Positions 54,301-62,907 of a stretch of 64,000 nt of DNA are shown here, one piece after another. Below the pieces are notes generated by a model. The model did no database searches. It had not been told where the DNA came from and saw only the letters and a list, made by a program, of their open reading frames with translations. Origin of the DNA: Lingula anatina (taxonomy: Eukaryota; Animalia; Brachiopoda); contig JBPQGU010000016.1 in the NCBI GenBank assembly GCA_051362555.1, positions 1 through 64,000 on the forward strand, read 5' to 3'. The position numbers were made by a program, and so were the translations under genes. Position 1 is the first letter of the stretch, and every line of letters starts with the position of its first letter.

Positions 54301-57300
54301 TTGGGTGATTTTGAGAGATTTTCGTAAGGTCCGGATATGGCAGTTTTCTTCAATTTTGGCCAGGTAGGGATGAAAAATTTTTTTCTTCAATATTGTGTCA
54401 GGTAGGTGTGTTTGGTCATTTGTAGTGAGGGTAAAGTGCTGGAAGAGTGATTGTGTCATTATTTAGGAAGAAATAGATCAAAAACTCTCTCCACCCCCCC
54501 TCTCTCCAAATCCTGTTCTCAGGTGTGCTTTCTGGCAATCTTTAAAGCTGAAATTGGGGGCTTTAATGAAGTGACCCGGGCGCGTTTCCACATTTTTTAT
54601 GAATGTCAGGTGTGGTAAATTAATTTTCATCACTTTTTGGAAAAATTGGTGACGGGTCATTTTTGGGTGATTTTGAGAGATTTTCGTAAGGTCCGGATAT
54701 GGCAGTTTTCTTCAATTTTAGCCAGGTAGGGATGAAAAATTTTTTTCTTCAATATTGTGTCAGGTAGGTGTGTTTGGTCATTTGTAGTGAGGGTAAAGTG
54801 CTGGAAGAGTGATTGTGTCATTATTTAGGAAGAAATAGAGCAAAAACTCTCTCCACCCCCCCTCTCTCCAAATCCTGTTCTCAGGTGTGCTTTCTGGCAA
54901 TCTTTAAAGCTGAAATTGGGGGCTTTAATGAAGTGACCCGGGCGCGTTTCCACATTTTTTATGAATGTCAGGTGTGGTAAATTAATTTTCATTACTTTTT
55001 GGAAAAATTGGTGACGGGTCATTATTGGGTGATTTTGAGAGATTTTCGTAAGGTCCGGATATGGCAGTTTTCTTCAATTTTTCCCAGGTAGGGATGAAAA
55101 ATTTTTTTCTTCAATATTGTGTCAGGTAGGTGTGTTTGGTCATTTGTAGTGAGGGTAAAGTGCTGGAAGAGTGATTGTGTCATTATTTAGGAAGAAATAG
55201 AGCAAAAACTCTCTCCACCCCCCCTCTCTCCAAATCCTGTTCTCAGGTGTGCTTTCTGGCAATCTTTAAAGCTGAAATTGGGGGCTTTAATGAAGTGACC
55301 CGGGCGCGTTTCCACATTTTTTATGAATGTCAGGTGTGGTAAATTAATTTTCATCACTTTTTGGAAAAATTGGTGACGGGTCATTTTTGGGTGATTTTGA
55401 GAGATTTTCGTAAGGTCCGGATATGGCAGTTTTCTTCAATTTTGGCCAGGTAGGGATGAAAAATTTTTTTCTTCAATATTGTGTCAGGTAGGTGTGTTTG
55501 GTCATTTGTAGTGAGGGTAAAGTGCTGGAAGAGTGATTGTGTCATTATTTAGGAAGAAATAGAGCAAAAACTCTCTCCACCCCCCCTCTCTCCAAATCCT
55601 GTTCTCAGGTGTGCTTTCTGGCAATCTTTAAAGCTGAAATTGGGGGCTTTAATGAAGTAACCCGGGCGCGTTTCCACATTTTTTATGAATGTCAGGTGTG
55701 GTAAATTAATTTTCATCACTTTTTGGAAAAATTTGTGACGGGTCATTTTTGGGTGATTTTGAGAGATTTTCGTAAGGTCCAGATATGGCAGTTTTCTTCA
55801 ATTTTGGCCAGGTAGGGATGAAAAATTTTTTTCTTCAATATTGTGTCAGGTAGGTGTGTTTGGTCATTTGTAGTGAGGGTAAAGTGCTGGAAAGTGATTG
55901 TGTCATTATTTAGGAAGAAATAGAGCAAAAACTCTCTCCACCCCCCCTCTCTCCAAATCCTGTTCTCAGGTGTGCTTTCTGGCAATCTTTAAAGCTAAAA
56001 TTGGGGGCTTTAATGAAGTGACCCGGGCGTGTTTCCACATTTTTTATGAATGTCAGGTGTGGTTAATTAATTTTCATCACTTTTTGGAAAAATTGGTGAC
56101 GGGTCATTTTTGGGTGATTTTGAGAGATTTTCGTAAGGTCCGGATATGGCAGTTTTCTTCAATTTTGGCCAGGTAGGGATGAAAAATTTTTTTCTTCAAT
56201 ATTGTGTCAGGTAGGTGTGTTTGGTCATTTGTAGTGAGGGTAAAGTGCTGGAAGAGTGATTGTGTCATTATTTAGGAAGAAATAGAGCAAAAACTCTCTC
56301 CACCCCCCCTCTCTCCAAATCCTGTTCTCAGGTGTGCTTTCTGGCAATCTTTAAAGCTGAAATTGGGGGCTTTAATGAAGTGACCCGGGCGCGTTTCCAC
56401 ATTTTTTATGAATGTCAGGTGTGGTAAATTAATTTTCATCACTTTTTGGAAAAATTGGTGACATGTCATTTTTGGGTGATTTTGAGAGATTTTCGTAAGG
56501 TCCAGATATGGCAGTTTTCTTCAATTTTGGCCAGGTAGGGATGAAAAATTTTTTTCTTCAATATTGTGTCAGGTAGGTGTGTTTGGTCATTTGTAGTGAG
56601 GGTAAAGTGCTGGAAAGTGATTGTGTCATTATTTAGGAAGAAATAGAGCAAAAACTCTCTCCACCCCCCCTCTCTCCAAATCCTGTTCTCAGGTGTGCTT
56701 TCTGGCAATCTTTAAAGCTAAAATTGGGGGCTTTAATGAAGTGACCCGGGCGTGTTTCCACATTTTTTATGAATGTCAGGTGTGGTTAATTAATTTTCAT
56801 CACTTTTTGGAAAAATTGGTGACGGGTCATTTTTGGGTGATTTTGAGAGATTTTCGTAAGGTCCGGATATGGCAGTTTTCTTCAATTTTGGCCAGGTAGG
56901 GATAAAAAATTTTTTTCTTCAATATTGTGTCAGGTAGGTGTGTTTGGTCATTTGTAGTGAGGGTAAAGTGCTGGAAGAGTGATTGTGTCATTATTTAGGA
57001 AGAAATAGAGCAAAAACTCTCTCCACCCCCCCCTCTCTCCAAATCCTGTTCTCAGGTGTGCTTTCTGGCAATCTTTAAAGCTGAAATTGGGGGCTTTAAT
57101 GAAGTGACCCGGGCGCGTTTCCACATTTTTTTTATGAATGTCAGGTGTGGTAAATTAATTTTCATCACTTTTTGGAAAAATTGGTGACGGGTCATTTTTG
57201 GGTGATTTTGAGAGATTTTCATAAGGTCCCGATATGGCAGTTTTCTTCAATTTTGGCCAGGTAGGGATGAAAAATTTTTTTCTTCAATATTGTGTCAGGT

Positions 57301-60300
57301 AGGTGTGTTTGGTCATTTGTAGTGAGGGTAAAGTGCTGGAAGAGTGATTGTGTCATTATTTAGGAAGAAATAGAGCAAAAACTCTCTCCACCCCCCCCTC
57401 TCTCCAAATCCTGTTCTCAGGTGTGCTTTCTGGCAATCTTTAAAGCTGAAATTGGGGGCTTTAATGAAGTGACCCGGGCGCGTTTCCACATTTTTTATGA
57501 ATGTCAGGTGTGGTAAATTAATTTTCATCACTTTTTGGAAAAATTGGTGACGGGTCATTTTTGGGTGATTTTGAGAGATTTTCGTAAGGGTCGGATATGG
57601 CAGTTTTCTTCAATTTTGGCCAGGTAGGGATGAAAAATTTTTTTCTTCAATATTGTGTCAGGTAGGTGTGTTTGGTCATTTGTAGTGAGGGTAAAGTGCT
57701 GGAAGAGTGATTGTGTCATTATTTAGGAAGAAATAGAGCAAAAACTCTCTCCACCCCCTCTCTCTCCAAATCCTGTTCTCAGGTGTGCTTTCTGGCAATC
57801 TTTAAAGCTGAAATTGGGGGCTTTAATGAAGTGACCCGGGCGCGTTTCCACATTTTTTATGGATGTCAGGTGTGGTAAATTAATTTTCATCACTTTTTGG
57901 AAAAATTGGTGACGGGTCATTTTTGGGTGATTTTGAGAGATTTTCGTAAGGTCCGGATATGGCAGTTTTCTTCAATTTTGGCCAGGTAGGGATAAAAATT
58001 TTTTTTTTTCAATATTGTGTCAGGTAGGTGTGTTTGGTCATTTGTAGTGAGGGTAAAGTGCTGGAAGAGTGATTGTGTCATTATTTAGGAAGAAATAGAG
58101 CAAAAACTCTCTCCACCCCCCCCTCTCTCCAAATCCTGTTCTCAGGTGTGCTTTCTGGCAATCTTTAAAGCTGAAATTGGTATCTTTAATGAAGTGACCC
58201 GGGCGCGTTTCCACATTTTTTTTATGAATGTCAGGTGTGGTAAATTAATTTTCATCACTTTTTGGAAAAATTGGTGACGGGTCATTTTTGGGTGACTTTG
58301 AGAGATTTTCGTAAGGTCCGGATATGGCAGTTTTCTTCAATTTTGGCCAGGTAGGGATGAAAAATTTTTTTCTTCAATATTGTGTCAGGTAGGTGTGTTT
58401 GGTCATTTGTAGTGAGGGTAAAGTGCTGGAAGAGTGATTGTGTCATTATTTAGGAAGAAATAGAGCAAAAACTCTCTCCACCCCCCCTCTCTCCAAATCC
58501 TGTTCTCAGGTGTGCTTTCTGGCAATCTTTAAAGCTGAAATTGGGGGCTTTAATGAATTGACCCGGGCACGTTTCCACATTTTTTATGAATGTCAGGTGT
58601 GGTAAATTAATTTTCATCACTTTTTGGAAAAATTGGTGACGGGTCATTTTTGGGTGATTTTGAGAGATTTTCGTAAGGTCCGGATATGGCAGTTTTCTTC
58701 AATTTTGGCCAGGTAGGGATGAAAAATTTTTTTCTTCAATATTGTGTCAGGTAGGTGTGTTTGGTCATTTGTAGTGAGGGTAAAGTGCTGGAAGAGTGAT
58801 TGTGTCATTATTTAGGAAGAAATAGAGCAAAAACTCTCTCCACCCCCCCCTCTCTCCAAATCCTGTTCTCAGGTGTGCTTTCTGGCAATCTTTAAAGCTG
58901 AAATTGGGGGCTTTAATGAAGTGACCCGGGCGCGTTTCCACATTTTTTATGAATGTCAGGTGTGGTAAATTAATTTTCATCACTTTTTGGAAAAATTGGT
59001 GACGGGTCATTTTTGGGTGATTTTGAGAGATTTTCGTAAGGTCCGGATATGGCAGTTTTCTTCAATTTTGGCCAGGTAGGGATGAAAAATTTTTTTCTTC
59101 AATATTGTGTCAGGTAGGTGTGTTTGGTCATTTGTAGTGAGGGTAAAGTGCTGGAAGAGTGATTGTGTCATTATTTAGGAAGAAATAGAGCAAAAACTCT
59201 CTCCACCCCCCCTCTCTCCAAATCCTGTTCTCAGGTGTGCTTTCTGGCAATCTTTAAAGCTGAAATTGGGGGCTTTAATGAGGTGACCCAGGCGCGTTTC
59301 CACATTTTTTATGAATGTCAGGTGTGGTAAATTAATTTTCATCACTTTTTGGAAAAATTGGTGACGGGTCATTTTTGGGTGATTTTGAGAGATTTTCGTA
59401 AGGTCCGGATATGGCAGTTTTCTTCAATTTTGGCCAGGTAGGGATGAAAAATTTTTTTCTTCAATATTGTGTCAGGTAGGTGTGTTTGGTCATTTGTAGT
59501 GAGGGTAAAGTGCTGGAAGAGTGATTGTGTCATTATTTAGGAAGAAATAGAGCAAAAACTCTCTCCACCCCCCCTCTCTCCAAATCCTGTTCTCAGGTGT
59601 GCTTTCTGGCAATCTTTAAAGCTGAAATTGGGGGCTTTAATGAAGTGACCCGGGCGCGTTTCCACATTTTTTATGAATGTCAGGTGTGGTAAATTAATTT
59701 TCATCACTTTTTGGAAAAATTGGTGACGGGTCATTTTTGGGTGATTTTGAGAGATTTTCGTAAGGTCCGGATATGGCAGTTTTCTTCAATTTTGGCCAGG
59801 TAGGGATGAAAAATTTTTTTCTTCAATATTGTGTCAGGTAGGTGTGTTTGGTCATTTGTAGTGAGGGTAAAGTGCTGGAAGAGTGATTGTGTCATTATTT
59901 AGGAAGAAATAGAGCAAAAACTCTCTCCACCCCCCCTCTCTCCAAATCCTGTTCTCAGGTGTGCTTTCTGGCAATCTTTAAAGCTGAAATTGGGGGCTTT
60001 AATGAAGTGACCCGGGCGCGTTTCCACATTTTTTATGAATGTCAGGTGTGGTAAATTAATTTTCATCACTTTTTGGAAAAATTGGTGACGGGTCATTTTT
60101 GGGTGATTTTGAGAGATTTTCGTAAGGTCCGGATATGGCAGTTTTCTTCAGTTTTGGCCAGGTAGGGATGAAAAATTTTTTTCTTCTATATTGTGTCAGG
60201 TAGGTGTGTTTGGTCATTTGTAGTGAGGGTTAAGTTGCTGGAAGAGTGATTGTGTCATTATTTAGGAAGAAATAGAGCAAAAACTCTCTCCACCCCCCCT

Positions 60301-60793
60301 CTCTCCAAATCCTGTTCTCAGGTGTGCTTTCTGGCAATCTTTAAAGCTGAAATTGGGGGCTTTAATGAAGTGACCCGGGCGCGTTTCCACATTTTTTATG
60401 AATGTCAGGTGTGGTAAATTAATTTTCATCACTTTTTGGAAAAATTGGTGACGGGTCATTTTTGGGTGATTTTGAGAGATTTTCGTAAGGTCCGGATATG
60501 GCAGTTTTCTTCAATTTTGGCCAGGTAGGGATGAAAAACTTTTTTCTTCAATATTGGGTCAGGTAGGTGTGTTTGGTCATTTGTAGTGAGGGTAAAGTGC
60601 TGGAAGAGTGATTGTGTCATTATTTAGGAAGAAATAGAGCAAAAACTCTCTCCACCCCCCCTCTCTCCAAATCCTGTTCTCAGGTGTGCTTTCTGGCAAT
60701 CTTTAAAGCTGAAATTGGGGGCTTTAATGAAGTGATCTGGGCGCGTTTCCACATTTTTTATGAATGTCAGGTGTGGTAAATTGATTTTTATAT

Positions 60794-60866
60794 CCGAAAT
60801 GCGGCACCCGGATTATCGATTGCGACAGCAGGGCTACACATGTGCACCCAATCTGGGGCCTTCCGT
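60794..60866 (-). repeat. Inverted 73-bp templated copy of 61372-61444 embedded in the last satellite monomer
   Basis: ccgaaatgcggcacccgg...ctggggccttccgt is the reverse complement of 61372-61444 at 72/73 positions. Confidence 0.95.
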
Positions 60867-60867
60867 A

Positions 60868-61120
60868 CGGATATGGCAGTTTTCTTCAATTTTGGCCAAG
60901 TAGGGATGAAAATTTTTATTCTTCAATATTGTGTCAGGTAGGTGTATTTGTGTTTAGTCATTTGTAGTGAGGATAAAGTATTGTAAGAGTGGTTGTGTCA
61001 TAATTGAGGAAGAAATAGAGCAAAAACTCTCTCCCCCCCTCTCCAAATCCTGTTCTCAGGTGTGCTGTCTGGCAATCTTTAAACCTGAAATTATGGGCTT
61101 TAATAAAGTGATCTGGGCGC
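60868..61120 (+). repeat. Diverged, truncated terminal satellite monomer
   Basis: Aligns to the 362-bp consensus from cggatatggcag to gggcgc, but with many substitutions and indels (ggataaagtattgtaag, taattgagg, a shorter pyrimidine tract, ttatgggc). Confidence 0.95.
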
Positions 61121-61234
61121 CCACCCCCCGTACGTACGCTACCGACTGCTCCGTGACTGACCCGCCCACCCTCCGTACGTGCGAGTTTCCTCTTATAGTA
61201 ATCAATCGCAATTTTAAAAAAAATTAATTCCGGC

Positions 61235-61239
61235 AAAAA
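61235..61239 (-). terminator. Putative Pol III terminator (T5) after module A copy 1, with a backup T8 at 61216-61223
   Basis: Minus strand reads ...GTGACAATA TTTTT GCCGGAATTAA TTTTTTTT. Confidence 0.4.
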
Positions 61240-61242
61240 TAT

Positions 61243-61330
61243 TGTCACAGTAGCTGCTGGGACTCGAACCGGCGTTCGAGCGACTGCCTGCATGCAAAAC
61301 GGGAGAGTTACCACGCAGCCACGACAGCCC
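61243..61330 (-). ncRNA. Pol III-type RNA module A, copy 1 (tRNA-derived or vault-RNA-like candidate)
   Basis: Minus strand has an A-box-like TGGCTGCGTGG and a B-box GGTTCGAGTCC. The 5' and 3' halves pair (GTGGCTGC/GCAGCTAC), and TTTTT lies 3 nt downstream (61235-61239). Confidence 0.5.
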
Positions 61331-61653
61331 CGTTGTGGCGAAGTAATCGGATGGAAACTTTCAACCTCGTCACGGAAGGCGCCAGATTGGGTGCACATGT
61401 GTAGCCCTGCTGTCGCAATCGATAATCCGGGTGCCGCATTTCGGCCCACGCAACCCCAGTCCCCGACATGAACGGTAAAATTCATGATGTACACGAAGCC
61501 GTGTTTGACAACCCGACTCGGAGCTCGGAGTTTGTTTCATACTAAGATTGATTTTGGCTTTACCCATGACATTAAAGAGTACAGTGGGATTAGAGGCGGT
61601 GCACAACCGACGGGTTTTACTTTTAGCGAGACCATATAGGAGGAGAGAATTAA

Positions 61654-61821
61654 CAGGCCTGTAGCCAGCAATTTCAAAAGGGGGGTTCTTTTTCTGAAAA
61701 AGTGGACCTTTTCCCATAAAAACTTCATGTACCTAGATCCAATTTTACCCAGAATGGACCTTTTCCCAGCAAAAGGGGCGGTTCTTTCGAACCCCCCGAA
61801 CCTCCCCTGGCTACGGGCCTG
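61654..61821. mobile_element. 168-bp non-autonomous DNA transposon (MITE) with 15-bp TIRs and a 5-bp ATTAA TSD
   Basis: Ends are CAGGCCTGTAGCCAG and CTGGCTACGGGCCTG (14/15 inverted match), flanked by ATTAA at 61649-61653 and 61822-61826. The element is absent from copy 2, whose empty site at 63226-63230 is exactly 173 bp shorter. Internal direct repeat tggaccttttccca at 61703 and 61755. Confidence 0.92.
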
Positions 61822-62632
61822 ATTAATAATAATAAAAAAATACATTCAAGTGTTTAATTACTGGCGCGATTGCAGCCCTGGAAAATTTCGCGTAAAACAT
61901 ATTTGGCAAAGAATTCCGCCGAGGAGATATCGTTTTTCTATCGAACACGGTTAACAGGTGGTATGACGTGCTGTTATACCGGAAAAGCTACAGAATCGAA
62001 ACAAGTTGGATCGTATTCATTGATAGGCCTGCTCTGTACATTCCTAGTAATAAAGATGACTTCGGATGCTGTTATTTTCATTTGGTTTTGCATTGAGATA
62101 ACGTTTGGTTTCACCTTTGACGTTGTAGAGCACGATGACGTCCACAGCCGTTCACACCTCGGCGGTTTTAGTATTGAGTAGTCTTTACTCTTTCCAGTGT
62201 CGACTGCGGACATGCCCCGGGAAGTGTATGAACATATGAACAGTCTTGAGAACCAAGGGCCCAAGACAGGAAAGGAGGGGCTTAAAAAGACGAAACGGGT
62301 GCCTGATAAAAGGAGTGGAGGTGACGCGACTTTTGTATAAAATCAAAAGTTTTCTCTCTGCTAATCCCAGCAAAAAGATGGCACATTTTGATGGAATGCA
62401 AGCCATACGGAGTTAGCTATAGCTCAATTTAAGTTCAAGATCTGTGGCACCAATATAATGACTTTTAAGTGAAGAGAAAAGAAATATAATTGTCGACGCA
62501 GATGTAAACTTTCTCAAGTATACCGTATTATTATGCAAAAGGTAATTTGCTAAGTCCCACGGGCGCCCTCATTCGTTCTCGTCTGGTGGCATCCCGATTC
62601 AGGGGCCAGGTCGTTGTCGTGATGGACTGACC

Positions 62633-62739
62633 TGCCTCATCCGGGACTCGAACCCGTGACTTTGCGTTACCAAGGTTGATGACGCTTTGGATGTGTCATT
62701 TGCATCCATGCACGCTACCGACTGCTCCGTGACTGAAAC
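62633..62739 (-). ncRNA. Pol III-type RNA module B: degenerate tRNA-like sequence with a central insert of about 30 nt
   Basis: Minus strand reads GTTTCAGTCACGGAGCAGTCGGTAGC (A-box/D-loop-like) ... AAGTC ACGGG TTCGAGT CCCGG ATGAGGCA (T-arm with B-box). GTTTCA can pair with TGAGGC, and there is an internal hairpin TGGATG/CATCCA. It is not a canonical cloverleaf. Confidence 0.5.
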
Positions 62740-62765
62740 GCCCACCCTCCGTACGTGCGAGTTTC

Positions 62766-62773
62766 CTCTTATA
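62766..62773 (-). promoter_or_regulatory. TATA-like element (TATAAGAG) about 30 bp upstream of module B
   Basis: Plus-strand ctcttata lies about 30-34 bp 5' of the predicted start at about 62739, and is conserved in copy 1 (about 61190-61197). Confidence 0.35.
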
Positions 62774-62819
62774 GTAATCAATCGCAATTTTAAAAAAAAA
62801 TTAAATCCGGCAATAATAT

Positions 62820-62907
62820 TGTCACAGTAGCTGCTGGGACTCGAACCGGCGTTCGAGCGACTGCCTGCATGCAAGACGGGAGAGTTACCACGCAGCCACG
62901 ACAGCTC
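62820..62907 (-). ncRNA. Pol III-type RNA module A, copy 2
   Basis: Same as copy 1, with an anticodon-arm-like CCCGT CTTGCAT GCAGG. The proximal T5 reads TTATT here, but a T9 run follows (plus-strand A9 at 62792-62800). Confidence 0.5.

Larger units (their letters stand above)
1..60791 (+). repeat. 362-bp satellite DNA tandem array, about 168 head-to-tail monomers (continues beyond the left edge)
   Basis: The same sequence (tatggcagttttcttcaattttggcc...cgtaaggtccgga) recurs every 362 bp, with indel variants of 361-368 bp. The identical 65-aa ORFs in the track step by 362. Most monomers differ from consensus by only a few bases, and I saw no inversions or foreign insertions inside the array. 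Confidence 0.99.

Noticed and set aside
128-60459. About 200 repeated 60-92 aa ORFs (MTRHQFFQK..., MTQSLFQH...)
   Set aside because: They are translations of the satellite. They are freely frameshifted or lose start and stop codons among copies, have no recognisable domain, and their K/F-rich composition reflects A/T tracts.
1-60791. CRISPR array
   Set aside because: There are no unique spacers; the whole 362-bp unit repeats and no cas genes are present.
61654-61821. Assigning the host taxon from the MITE (reminiscent of marine invertebrate elements)
   Set aside because: Impression only; it cannot be supported without a database search.
62329-62425. Short hairpin ACTTTTG/CAAAAGT and palindrome AGCTATAGCT in the spacer
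   Set aside because: Short enough to occur by chance, with no supporting context such as a Helitron CTRR end.
62820-62907. Functional tRNA-Ala(TGC)
   Set aside because: The loop CTTGCAT is anticodon-like, but the D-stem, T-stem and acceptor stem do not pair in canonical register, and copy 1 reads TTTGCAT.
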